Shown here: positions 49,009 to 58,559 of the stretch, piece after piece
Numbering within the stretch: the first letter of the stretch is position 1
How the letters are laid out: the number at the start of each line of letters is the position of its first letter
The notes under the pieces: model-generated
What the model was told of the DNA's origin: nothing
What the model saw: the letters and a program-made list of their open reading frames with translations, nothing else
The model's database searches: none
DNA from: a virus
Lineage: Duplodnaviria > Caudoviricetes
DNA length: 64,000 bases
Strand: one strand, 5' to 3'
IMG/VR virus record: IMGVR_UViG_2513237266_000002
Location: 33,677 to 97,676 of that record
Program-made: the position numbers and the translations under genes

Positions 49009-49254
49009 ATGGCTAAACCAACCTGCCCCAAATATACCTGGCTGTTTCTGGCCACACCGAAAAAACACGACTGCACACCAATCGTATTGCGCACAATGGC
49101 TGATACCGAAGAAGAAGCCCGCGATACCTTCCCATGCTGGAACCTGACTTTTGCCGCAAAAATCCGCACTGAAAGCAGCCTGCGTGATTCTGGCTGTGGA
49201 ACTTATGGCCTGAACCTCCTGACTCCGGAAATGCTGGAGGTGCACAATGTTTAA
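49009..49254 (+). CDS. Icd-like cell-division inhibitor
   Basis: [21 protein letters not shown]; follows C4-like RNA. Confidence 0.8.
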   Translation: MAKPTCPKYTWLFLATPKKHDCTPIVLRTMADTEEEARDTFPCWNLTFAAKIRTESSLRDSGCGTYGLNLLTPEMLEVHNV

Positions 49255-50125
49255 CCTCCAGACATTGACAGCCAAAGCCCGAGAATTGCGCGGCAACGTG
49301 GTTAAAGCGGTTAGCACTAAGGGCAGTCGCACAATGACGCCAGTTTATGACCGTGACGAACAGCGCAAGCTACGCGAACGCATACAGCAGACGCAACCGG
49401 ATTGGTTGTTGCTCTGGTGGGACATTGCGACCGTAACCGGCTGGCGTACCAGTGACGTTTGCAACCTGCGCTATTCCTGCATCAATTGGGAAACGGGGCA
49501 GGCGACAATTATCGTTGCCAAACAGACCAAAGCTGCTGAAGCGCGGGCAACCCGCAAAGGCATTGAAATCGTGCGCCAGCAGCGCAAGGACGCGGCGAGG
49601 CTTGCCGCTGACCATATCGCCTACATGAAGTGGGACAGCATCAACTGTGACGCGCTGGCAGCGGATATGACCGACGAAGAACAGGCGATAGTATTCGGGC
49701 TGGTGGCTAAAGCTGACGTTAAGCACGACACCAAACAGTTACCGCCTGGCATCATCAAGCGGCTGCGCGAACGTCAGGATCGGAACTTGGTAGAGGACGA
49801 CCTGATATTTTCCCGCTCTCAAATCGAAAGTAACCGTTGTCAACGTCTGGAAGGTAGCGTGACCCGCCAGACCATATGGCGCAAACTCCATGATGTGATG
49901 GCGTGGTTTACCCGCGTTATCAACGCCAAACTGCGTCTGAGCGCTTATTCAAGCCGTAAGATTGCAGCCTTTAACCTCATGTCAGCAGGCGGCGAACAAG
50001 GTTTGTTGGTGGCCTCTGAAATGCTGGGGCATAGCAACCCGGCAATAACACGCACATATCTGCAGTTAGGAAGTAAAGCGGCCGCGATCCAGTCTCGTCT
50101 GGCTATGGAGGTGTGCAATGCGTAA
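49247..50125 (+). CDS. Second satellite tyrosine-recombinase-family protein
   Basis: TGWRTSD, YSSRK, LGHSN..TRTYL. Confidence 0.8.
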   Translation: MFNLQTLTAKARELRGNVVKAVSTKGSRTMTPVYDRDEQRKLRERIQQTQPDWLLLWWDIATVTGWRTSDVCNLRYSCINWETGQATIIVAKQTKAAEARATRKGIEIVRQQRKDAARLAADHIAYMKWDSINCDALAADMTDEEQAIVFGLVAKADVKHDTKQLPPGIIKRLRERQDRNLVEDDLIFSRSQIESNRCQRLEGSVTRQTIWRKLHDVMAWFTRVINAKLRLSAYSSRKIAAFNLMSAGGEQGLLVASEMLGHSNPAITRTYLQLGSKAAAIQSRLAMEVCNA

Positions 50126-50300
50126 AACCTTCCAGATTGATGGCTACGCAGTTAACAAACGCGGTCTGACCGTTGGTATTCACTACACCATGACCAGCAC
50201 CGGCCCTGAAACGGCGAAAGATACGGCGCAGCTACTTGCTCAGAAAGGCGGGTATAAACACGTCCGTATTAACTTTGTCCGGGAGGCGAAAAATGCGTGA
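50118..50300 (+). CDS. Small hypothetical protein
   Basis: GGAGG RBS, coupled. Confidence 0.65.
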   Translation: MRKTFQIDGYAVNKRGLTVGIHYTMTSTGPETAKDTAQLLAQKGGYKHVRINFVREAKNA

Positions 50301-50487
50301 GCCAATCAGCTTAGACCAGGCTGAATATAAATCAGCACTGGCCGCTTCACTCTTTGAAACCATTCTGGAAAAAGCCTGTGCTGAATGTTCGGAAACCCTG
50401 CTGAACCATATCTCACTGGCATGTGACCTTAATCAGGAAATTCACCGGGCATTAATCGCTGAGCTGCGCATGGGAGAGACAAAATGA
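50293..50487 (+). CDS. Small hypothetical protein
   Basis: MREPISLDQ start, GGAGG RBS. Confidence 0.65.
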   Translation: MREPISLDQAEYKSALAASLFETILEKACAECSETLLNHISLACDLNQEIHRALIAELRMGETK

Positions 50488-50690
50488 GACAGGTTCCTTT
50501 TGAAGTCCTGATGCACGCCGAAAATGCGCTGGCATACAGCAAACAGGCTCTGGCTATTCTGGAAGTCTGGATGGACTCACTAGGCGAAGGTGACGAACAC
50601 GAATCTAACTGCGTAGCCGCCATTCACAGCCTGGTACATGAATCAAAAGAATACCTGCAAAAAGCCACGGGGGTACAAAGTGCAAAATGA
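50484..50690 (+). CDS. Small hypothetical protein
   Basis: ATGA overlap with upstream gene. Confidence 0.65.
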   Translation: MRQVPFEVLMHAENALAYSKQALAILEVWMDSLGEGDEHESNCVAAIHSLVHESKEYLQKATGVQSAK

Positions 50691-53022
50691 CTTTGTAAGC
50701 GATGTGCGCAGCAGAGCAAATGGCTATTGGCCGTCGATACTTGAACGCCTGGCGATTCCGACTAACCGCAGTGAGGGGCCGTGTCCTGCGTGTGGCGGTA
50801 ATACCCGTTACCGTTTCGACAATAAAGATAACCGGGGAACGTATTTCTGTTCGCACTGTGGCGCGGGTACCGGGCTGGATCTGGTGATGAAGGTCAACCA
50901 GTGCGGCCCGAGAGAAGCGGCTGAGCTGGTGGCCGAAGCTATGACGCTGCCTATGCCGGAACCGAAGCAAGCCAGAGATAAGCCTCAAACGGATATCGCC
51001 GGGAAAGTTGCGGCGCTGGCCGCGAAAGCCTCTCCGGGGCAGTCTGCTTACCTTACATCAAAGGGGCTTCAATGCCCCTTCCCGATGCTGTCCGACGGAT
51101 CGCTGCTGCTGGTGCTGAAAAACGGTGCTGGTGCGGCGACTGGCGCACAGGTGATTAAACCTGATGGCAGTAAGCGGCTGGTGGCCGGAACGGTGAAGAA
51201 AGGCTCTTTTTGCGTAGTTAATTCCGGCGCAACGTCGGAAACGGTGATTATCGCCGAAGGGCTGGCAACGGCGCTTTCGGTTCAGCAGTTCCGCCCTGAT
51301 GCGACAATTATCGCAGCTATTGACGCCGGGAACCTGCTGCCCGTTGCTCAGGTGATGCGCAAAAAATACCCGAACGCGCGGATCATCATTGCTGCAGATA
51401 ATGACCAGAGCGCCGAAAGTGACAGAAGCGGAGAAGTGAAAGTTAACACAGGTAAGGAGTGTGCAGAGAAAGCCGCTAAAGCCGTTGCTGGCTGGGTTTC
51501 TTTGCCCCCTGTGGACTACAAGGCGGACTGGAACGACTACCACCGACAAAACGGACTGGAAGCCGCTATAGCAGCATTTAACGATTCGATGTATCAGCCG
51601 GAGGGGGAAACTGTGGGCGCAAAACTTAAAGTAGTCGATGGCGGTAAAAAGCGCGGGCGCGGAGAAATCAACCTGATCCAGATGGCAGATAATGAAAAAG
51701 CGCTGATGCTGGCAGACCGTTACGAGGGAATAGCCATTCACGCAGAGAGCGAGGCTGTATATCTGTACCGTGAAGGCGTATGGGTAAAAGCAGCGCCATT
51801 AGAATTAAGCCGCGAAATGGTGGCTATCTACAACGAAAATCAGACTAATTTCAGCAAACGCTCAGTAAATAACGTAATTGAAGCATTGAAGATTGTCATT
51901 CCTGTTATGGGCCAGCCTCGCCGGAGCCTGATCCCGTTCAAAAATGGTGTGTACGACATGGAAACCGGGACTTTCTCGCAGCATTCATTAGATAACTGGC
52001 TTACTAACGATAACGGTGTGATCTATACGCCGCCGGAGCCTGGCGAAAATCTTCACGACCATGCGCCAAACTTCCATAAATGGCTAAGTTACACAGCAGG
52101 AAGAGACGCACTTAAAATGAAGCGGATCGCCGCTGGGCTTTTTATGGTGCTGGCGAACCGCTACGACTGGCAGCTTTTTCTTGAGATAACCGGGGAGGGA
52201 GGTAGCGGCAAAAGCGTTTTCACTCACATTGCTACTATGCTGGCTGGCGAACACAACACGGCCAGCGGAAATATGGCCGCACTGGATAGCGCCAGAGGTC
52301 GGGCGCAGTTCGTAGGCAAAAGTATGATAACCCTACCAGACCAGCCAAAATATTCAGGCGAGGGAACGGGTATAAAAGCGATTACGGGCGGCGATGCCGT
52401 AGAGATTGACCCGAAGCATGAACACCAGTACACCGCCGTTCTGAGGGCTGTTGTAGTCGCTACAAACAACACGCCGATGATTTTCACCGAACGGGCCGGA
52501 GGCGTTGCCCGCCGTAGGGTTATTTTTCAGTTTAATAACCGGGTTCGAGAGGAAGACAAAGACCCCGATTTGTCGGAAAAGATATCCGCAGAAATCCCGG
52601 TTATTGTCCGCCGGCTCCTGGCTAACTTTTCTGATCCAGAGAAAGCAAGGGCGCTTTTGTTGGAACAGAGGAACAGTGAAGAAGCGCTGGAGGTTAAACA
52701 GAAAACAGACCCGCTTTATGCTTTCTGCGCATACCTTGAAAAGCTGTCAGAGTGTACGGGAATGCTGGTAGGGAACCGCAATCCGCCTCTCTACCCACGC
52801 GTGTATCTCTATCATGCGTATCTGGCCTTTCTGGAGGCTAACGGATTCGATAAGCCTTTAACACTCAATAAATTTGCTGAGGGCATGGAAAGCGCAATGC
52901 GCGAATTTAACCACGAATACCGGAAAGAGAGAAAGACGCGAGGAGTTGTAACCAACGTGGAACTCTCAGGAAGTGCTGAAGACTGGCTTCCACAGCCTTA
53001 TCCCAATCCCGCCAAGAAGTAA
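50680..53022 (+). CDS. P4 alpha-like primase-helicase
   Basis: CPACGG..CSHCG Zn finger, EGLATA/AADND TOPRIM, GEGGSGKS SF3 helicase, C-terminal winged helix. Confidence 0.93.
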   Translation: MQNDFVSDVRSRANGYWPSILERLAIPTNRSEGPCPACGGNTRYRFDNKDNRGTYFCSHCGAGTGLDLVMKVNQCGPREAAELVAEAMTLPMPEPKQARDKPQTDIAGKVAALAAKASPGQSAYLTSKGLQCPFPMLSDGSLLLVLKNGAGAATGAQVIKPDGSKRLVAGTVKKGSFCVVNSGATSETVIIAEGLATALSVQQFRPDATIIAAIDAGNLLPVAQVMRKKYPNARIIIAADNDQSAESDRSGEVKVNTGKECAEKAAKAVAGWVSLPPVDYKADWNDYHRQNGLEAAIAAFNDSMYQPEGETVGAKLKVVDGGKKRGRGEINLIQMADNEKALMLADRYEGIAIHAESEAVYLYREGVWVKAAPLELSREMVAIYNENQTNFSKRSVNNVIEALKIVIPVMGQPRRSLIPFKNGVYDMETGTFSQHSLDNWLTNDNGVIYTPPEPGENLHDHAPNFHKWLSYTAGRDALKMKRIAAGLFMVLANRYDWQLFLEITGEGGSGKSVFTHIATMLAGEHNTASGNMAALDSARGRAQFVGKSMITLPDQPKYSGEGTGIKAITGGDAVEIDPKHEHQYTAVLRAVVVATNNTPMIFTERAGGVARRRVIFQFNNRVREEDKDPDLSEKISAEIPVIVRRLLANFSDPEKARALLLEQRNSEEALEVKQKTDPLYAFCAYLEKLSECTGMLVGNRNPPLYPRVYLYHAYLAFLEANGFDKPLTLNKFAEGMESAMREFNHEYRKERKTRGVVTNVELSGSAEDWLPQPYPNPAKK

Positions 53023-53028
53023 GCAAAT

Positions 53029-53058
53029 AAAAAGCCCGCGAAAGGAGGCGCGGGCTTT
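53029..53058. terminator. Terminator after primase
   Basis: AAAGCCCGCG...CGCGGGCTTT. Confidence 0.7.
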
Positions 53059-53239
53059 GCTTAGTATCACATTGTGCAATCGGAGAGGGTATGCCTGCCC
53101 TCACAAACTTAGGATAGCAGATATTTAACACTGAATACCACTTTTATAAATTGATTGTTGTGTTTATTACCTGTTTTTATGGTAATGAAGTATAATATCT
53201 GTACCGACAATCCCGTCGAGGTAACAGGACAATCTGACC

Positions 53240-53794
53240 ATGCCAAATCTCAAGCAGTTCAATGCTCAGCCCGTCGCTAACGGTGTCGTAATCACGGCGA
53301 ACTACGACGACGGCAGCACTATTTCCTTTCCTACTGATAAACAATCATCCGATTTTATGACATCTATTGTGCAGGCGCTGGCCTCAGCTAATGACCGTAT
53401 CATTGCTGCTGAAAATCGCGCGGCGGCGGCAAATCGCACGGCTGATCGCATGTACAAGCGGACCGTAGATTCATCCGAAGATGGACTGCCAACAAAAATA
53501 GACCCTCAGTTTATGCGACTGGTTCGTGCTGTATGCCCGCGTTATGACGAGGCCAGCCAAGGAGATGATCCACGGTTGGTCGCCCTTGATGTGCTGCGTT
53601 ATGCGCCAGTAACTGCGTTCAGTGCGGTATGCAATGAATCACTGGCTGATTTGCAACCTAATCGGGCGATAGAAATTCTTGAGCAGGTGGGTGATTACAT
53701 GAAAGCCAACGGCATTGATCCGAAGCCATATACGTCAGCCGATACGATTAGGGCTATCGGCGATTCTGCTAAAAAATTCTGGAGTAAAAAATAA
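53240..53794 (+). CDS. Satellite protein ending in scaffold-like C-terminal motif
   Basis: C-terminus IRAIGDSAKKFWSKK resembles helper [16 protein letters not shown]. Confidence 0.7.
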   Translation: MPNLKQFNAQPVANGVVITANYDDGSTISFPTDKQSSDFMTSIVQALASANDRIIAAENRAAAANRTADRMYKRTVDSSEDGLPTKIDPQFMRLVRAVCPRYDEASQGDDPRLVALDVLRYAPVTAFSAVCNESLADLQPNRAIEILEQVGDYMKANGIDPKPYTSADTIRAIGDSAKKFWSKK

Positions 53795-53795
53795 T

Positions 53796-53981
53796 ATGTC
53801 ACGATTCATTACCCGATCAGAACGAGAAGCAATGCGAGCGCGTAGAACGACTGATAGTGAACGAGCAAACATTCAGAATATCAATCAGGCCAATAAAGAT
53901 TTTTGGGAACAGAAAAAAACGGAAGAAAAAGATAGGTTGGCCGTGATTAACAGACACCTTTTTCCCTACGGTAAATTTTAA
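53796..53981 (+). CDS. 61-aa satellite protein with scaffold-like motif
   Basis: TTDS...IQNINQANKDFWEQKK; GGAG RBS; starts 1 bp after upstream stop. Confidence 0.65.
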   Translation: MSRFITRSEREAMRARRTTDSERANIQNINQANKDFWEQKKTEEKDRLAVINRHLFPYGKF

Positions 53982-54025
53982 CCCCACAGCCCGGAGATTA
54001 GTCCGGGTTTGCTTTTTTAAGGAGC

Positions 54026-55099
54026 ATGAATATGTCACAAAACTGGATGCGTCACTTTGAATTACAACTGGTGGACGACAACGGGCAAGGTATTGAACTC
54101 AGCGATTTCAAAGTGACCTTCACGATCGACTGGTTCAACATCAGCAGCGCGTCGCGGGTGGGTACGTTCAAAATCTACAACCTGTCGGCTGATACGGTGA
54201 ACCGAATCACCGGGCAGGAGTTTTCGAAAGTGCGTCTGATTGCGGGCTATGACGGCATCGCGCCGGAAGTGTCGGCCAGCAGCGTCGGAACGGCGCGAGA
54301 AGTCGATGCGGCGGACGTGGGCCAGAGTGATGGCCGGAACTACGGACTGATTTTCAGCGGAGAAATTCGCTACTCGGTCACAGGTAAAGACAGCCCCATT
54401 GATTCCTACGTCCTGATTCAGGCAGCCGATACGGATCTGGCTTTTGCTACCAGCATAACCTCGCAGACGCTGGCAGCCGGCTACACGACAGAAGACATGT
54501 TCAATCTTTTAATGAAAGACTTTGAGGCCAAAGGCGCAACTGTGGGTCGCACTCCAGTATTCCCCCCTACAGTGTTCCCTCGGGGCCGCGCACTGTTTGG
54601 CATGACCAGACACCTGATGGACAACGTGGCCGCACAATGCGGAGCGACCTGGCAGTTCGTGGACGGACAGCTAAATATGCTGCCAGAAGGTGAGTATATG
54701 CACGACGCGATTGTGCTCAACAGCGCCACCGGACTGATCGGGATGCCGCAGCAGACCATCGGCAACGGCGTGAACGTTCGCGCACTGATTAACCCGAATA
54801 TTCGAATTAACGGGCTCATTCAGCTGGATCAACGTTCCGTGTATCGCACCGCGTTGTCAAACAACGATATCGCGATGGCTGGCGGGCAGATCACCGACCA
54901 GAATACGGACGGCAATATCACGCTCAGCGGCACCACAGCGCAGCCTGCCAGCATCGCAACAGATGGCGTTTATGTTGTGAAAGGCATTATGTACACTGGC
55001 GACACAAGGGGCCAGGCGTGGTACATGGATATGATGTGCGAAGCGCGTGGCGCGGCGGATCTTAATTCAAAATCTTATTTCGATAAAACGAGTGGCTAA
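54026..55099 (+). CDS. Baseplate hub protein (satellite allele)
   Basis: Near-identical to 42734-43801 except a few patches and the C-terminus. Confidence 0.9.
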   Translation: MNMSQNWMRHFELQLVDDNGQGIELSDFKVTFTIDWFNISSASRVGTFKIYNLSADTVNRITGQEFSKVRLIAGYDGIAPEVSASSVGTAREVDAADVGQSDGRNYGLIFSGEIRYSVTGKDSPIDSYVLIQAADTDLAFATSITSQTLAAGYTTEDMFNLLMKDFEAKGATVGRTPVFPPTVFPRGRALFGMTRHLMDNVAAQCGATWQFVDGQLNMLPEGEYMHDAIVLNSATGLIGMPQQTIGNGVNVRALINPNIRINGLIQLDQRSVYRTALSNNDIAMAGGQITDQNTDGNITLSGTTAQPASIATDGVYVVKGIMYTGDTRGQAWYMDMMCEARGAADLNSKSYFDKTSG

Positions 55100-55446
55100 T
55101 GATAACTGCATTAAAAACATTCTGTGCATTTGCAATATTCTTATCTTTATCAGCTAATGCTGCTTTCTTATGTGGTAGCTGGAAACTAACGGGTAATGAT
55201 GATGGCTGGGTTAGGGTAAATGGTGAGAAGGTAACTTCCCAAAAAGTTAAAGAATTAGGCGCGAAAGGTGATGGTGCTAACACTGTTTGGAATATGGGCC
55301 TGATGCCAGCGCGTGACGGGAACAATTACGGCTTTGAGTTCGTGAAGCGCAAAGGAAAAGCTTTCCTGAACGTCCAACTGCTGCAGAACAGCATGGACGC
55401 GCCGAGAATCATCGGATCTTTCCCGTGTAAAAAAGTTCCTGATTAA
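55099..55446 (+). CDS. Exported small protein (satellite allele)
   Basis: Signal peptide; C-terminal half nearly identical to 43801-44154. Confidence 0.85.
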   Translation: MITALKTFCAFAIFLSLSANAAFLCGSWKLTGNDDGWVRVNGEKVTSQKVKELGAKGDGANTVWNMGLMPARDGNNYGFEFVKRKGKAFLNVQLLQNSMDAPRIIGSFPCKKVPD

Positions 55447-55512
55447 AGCAGAGACTTAGCGGCATATTAGTAACACCTTATGTTAATAAAATGTTTCTAT
55501 TGAGGCGACAGG

Positions 55513-55619
55513 CATGAACACCTATGTACACTTATGAAGGGTTGTGAATACTGGTGTTCATGCTTTATCTTTATGAATAATATGGTTAATATCGCGAATA
55601 TGAATACCATGAACACCTT
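55513..55619. repeat. Iteron cluster 2 (ATGAAYAC)
   Basis: ATGAACACC, TGAATACTGGTGTTCAT, ATGAATACCATGAACACC; same motif as cluster 1. Confidence 0.7.
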
Positions 55620-55811
55620 GAGAGCAAGTTCTCTAAAACGCGCCCTAAATGCAACACTTACAGTATAAAAACCATTTTTATAGTTCAAAAAAGAATATGC
55701 ATTAACAATTTATTATCATTTGGTTTGGCGGCATTTATAAGCTTTTACGCACAGAAAATAACCATCTTGTTAGCCGTATTAAATGTCAGACGTGAGGAAC
55801 GGTAACTTAAA

Positions 55812-56396
55812 ATGAAAAATAGCGTTACTAATGCAAACTCCTGCTCTGATACGCAGGAAATTGAAAGTTTACCTGCATACAGACAGGCGCTGGCCGATGA
55901 CGCTGTAAGTAATAAGGTGTCTGCTGTAGAACGTATCCGGGCAAGGTTGGCGCTTCTGGAGAGCTATATTCCTGATTCGCCTGTGCCACAAGACGAGGTA
56001 GCCGAATTTCGTGGCCGCATCACCGGATTACTCGGTGAACTGGAGGTGGGCGGTAAACGCGGCACTGTACTGATTCATGCACATCGAAAATTACGCGATT
56101 TAGAGGATCGGATTTACATTCCTGTACGCCGGATGGCCGCTGAACAGTTTGACCAACTGCGCCGGGAAAAACCGGACATGACGGGCGATGTATTACTGAA
56201 AACTCTGCTGGGCGATGAAATTGGCGAATATCAGACGAGAAACCCGGAGGCGTCAAAAATAGCCACTCTGGCCGCGCTTATGAGGTCATCACCCCGTGTG
56301 GATATTCTCATCAACATGATCCGCCAGCGAAATGATGAGCATACGGTAGCAGTGTTTAGCTGGTGTCCTCTGGAATTACCTTTGCAGGGTGTGTAG
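55812..56396 (+). CDS. Hypothetical satellite protein
   Basis: 194-aa ORF upstream of third recombinase. Confidence 0.7.
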   Translation: MKNSVTNANSCSDTQEIESLPAYRQALADDAVSNKVSAVERIRARLALLESYIPDSPVPQDEVAEFRGRITGLLGELEVGGKRGTVLIHAHRKLRDLEDRIYIPVRRMAAEQFDQLRREKPDMTGDVLLKTLLGDEIGEYQTRNPEASKIATLAALMRSSPRVDILINMIRQRNDEHTVAVFSWCPLELPLQGV

Positions 56397-56404
56397 GGGG
56401 AAAC

Positions 56405-57430
56405 ATGGCATCTATCCGTGAGATTGGCTCGGGAAAGCGCCTGCGTTATGTCGTTAACTGGCTGGATAAAGAAAACCGCACCGGGCGACGCAATACCTTT
56501 CACAGCATCGACGATGCGGCGGCGCTGCTGTATCAACTGGAAGTGGCAGCCCTTGACTGGCGAACGGCAGACAATGCGGAGGCGGTAAAACGCTGGACGC
56601 TGCAGAAACTGTCTTGGTTCTGGCTGGGATATCAGCGCGACAGGCTGAACCGGAACAGGATCAGGGCAACCAGTTACGACCGCTACCGCTATTGCCTGCT
56701 AAACCTTCCGTCTGACCTGCTGAATAAAAACCTGAATAAAATCACTTCACGCCAACTTAGCGAGCGGCTTAACCGACAGTCGCTTGTGTACATCGGCGCG
56801 GCTTTTGCTTATCTCATGCGTTCCGGGATGATTGCTCATAATCCGGTTCGCCAGAGCCGATCACCGGCAGACAGGCCGTGGCAAATCCCGGATGAAGATA
56901 CCGTGTTAGCCATGCTGGATCGCGCAGAGCGGCGCGAAAGGATTGCTATCTGGCTGGGCGCGGCTTGCGGCCTGCGTATCAGCGAAGTGCTGGCGTTAAC
57001 CTATCGGGATGTGAGCGCTGACGAAATACAGGTTCGCTGCCATCTGACTTCACGCGGGATTATCCGGGGCAGAAAGCGCGGCAGGGGCCGTTCCGTCGAT
57101 ATGCCGGTTGGCCTGTATGAGTGCCTCGATAAAACGCTGCTGGGAACGGATACACCGCTGATTGCCGGGAGCAACGGACAGAGGCTGAGCCTGAACTACA
57201 GCACATCCGGCGTGATGAAACGCCTGCTCTCTGAATTCGGGATAGAGCGCTTTCATGACCTGAGGCATTTTGCGGTGTCCAGCCTGGTAAAAAACGGCGT
57301 TGATATTCTGGACGTGTCGGACATGGTGGGCCACTCCCGGCCGTCGGTGACGTTGAATATTTACGGGCATCTTTTCCGCGAAAAACCGTCACTCAAGAAC
57401 GCTCTGAGAGGAGGGGTAAGGAGAATATAG
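56405..57430 (+). CDS. Third satellite tyrosine recombinase, homologue of helper 26833-27837
   Basis: Shared MASI, GRR..F..IDDAA, WT..KL..F.LGYQ, RERIA.WLG, RFH.LRHFAVS.L...GVDIL, YGHLF. Confidence 0.9.
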   Translation: MASIREIGSGKRLRYVVNWLDKENRTGRRNTFHSIDDAAALLYQLEVAALDWRTADNAEAVKRWTLQKLSWFWLGYQRDRLNRNRIRATSYDRYRYCLLNLPSDLLNKNLNKITSRQLSERLNRQSLVYIGAAFAYLMRSGMIAHNPVRQSRSPADRPWQIPDEDTVLAMLDRAERRERIAIWLGAACGLRISEVLALTYRDVSADEIQVRCHLTSRGIIRGRKRGRGRSVDMPVGLYECLDKTLLGTDTPLIAGSNGQRLSLNYSTSGVMKRLLSEFGIERFHDLRHFAVSSLVKNGVDILDVSDMVGHSRPSVTLNIYGHLFREKPSLKNALRGGVRRI

Positions 57431-57496
57431 TAAACTCCTTACTTTCCCGGTGTGATGCGGGTTCATCGACTGAAAGCGACGATCTAGCCATTTTTG

Positions 57497-57637
57497 GATA
57501 ATACCGCACTTTTTCACGCTTTCCGGACGGGTGAGCAACAAAATGCGGAGAAATGAGGAATGACGCGGCCTGTAGCCCGACAAAGTGCGGCATATCACAT
57601 GAGCGCAGGCCGCATTCTACCGTTATCGATACGCCGC
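57497..57637. repeat. Satellite counterpart of helper repeat site
   Basis: AAGTGCGGCATATCA (57583) is the exact reverse complement of helper 27954-27968; GACGCGGCCTG 57562; GATACGCCGC 57628. Confidence 0.75.
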
Positions 57638-57700
57638 GGACTTTTTGAGGGTTCGTGAGCACGTCCCGTTTTTTGCCGATGGTGGACAGAGTGAGGAAAA

Positions 57701-58225
57701 ATGAACGTTTTAGCAGCCGCTGAAAATGGCTTCCGGTTTAAGGGGATCTGGTGGACGGAGGAGACCTTTACTGACGTATTGCGCACGGTACTGAACCTGC
57801 ACCGTGCTATGAGTAATCACCGGGTGGCTTTTCACTTTGGAGTTTCTGAAAAAGCCGTCAGGAAATTGAGAGCACGCAGCGATACCGCCAATGGGGTGAT
57901 ACTGCGCCTGATGGAAGAAGCGAAACTCAGCAGTAGCAGGCCAGCACAGTATCGCGAACGCAACTGGTACAACAATTACCCGGAAGACATCGAGGCCAGA
58001 AAAATACTGATAGCCGCAGAGGAGGAAAGGGAAAGGCAGCGGGTAGTTCGACATGAGCAGCGAAAGCAGAGAACGCGCCGGGTTACTGATGGTGCTCTAC
58101 GTCTTGAGCGGATTAGAGCGCAGCGGCGTGAGGCGGTACAATGCTGTAAACGGTCAGGATTAACTCAGGTGCTGGCAGCAGAAAGCCTGTCATGTTCGCT
58201 AAGTACTGTCCGGCGGTACTGGTGA
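57701..58225 (+). CDS. Double-HTH protein; N-terminal HTH resembles helper TerS
   Basis: SNHRVAFHFGVSEKAVRKLR vs SNRMVAQRLGVDETTIRRWR; C-terminal TQVLAAESLSCSLSTVRRYW. Confidence 0.7.
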   Translation: MNVLAAAENGFRFKGIWWTEETFTDVLRTVLNLHRAMSNHRVAFHFGVSEKAVRKLRARSDTANGVILRLMEEAKLSSSRPAQYRERNWYNNYPEDIEARKILIAAEEERERQRVVRHEQRKQRTRRVTDGALRLERIRAQRREAVQCCKRSGLTQVLAAESLSCSLSTVRRYW

Positions 58226-58277
58226 ATGTTGAGCGACCGTAGCCGTTAAGTTTCACTTCTGGTAATGAGTAACTTAC

Positions 58278-58466
58278 ATGCTGAAATCTGATGTGATTGA
58301 GTCTGCAATAGCAGAGATGTTAACAAAGCAAGGGCGAGATTTAGACGCTACTGACATGCTGGAGATACGCCGTAGGGTAGCTGGATCGCTCGCCGCAAAG
58401 GAAAGGCACCGCCAGCGCATGACAGCCCCGGAATATCGCTGGAACAAGCCTGCACCCCGCAGATAG
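58278..58466 (+). CDS. Small basic hypothetical protein
   Basis: Last ORF before attR. Confidence 0.6.
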   Translation: MLKSDVIESAIAEMLTKQGRDLDATDMLEIRRRVAGSLAAKERHRQRMTAPEYRWNKPAPRR

Positions 58467-58559
58467 TAATTTGCACACCTAAGAGCAGTTAACGGACTAG
58501 ATTCCCACTACAAATAAAATAAAAGCCATATATATCAATAGCATTATCATTGTTATTGA

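Noticed and set aside
54026-55446. Assembly duplication of 42734-44154
   Set aside because: Many synonymous differences and block substitutions show it is a distinct allele
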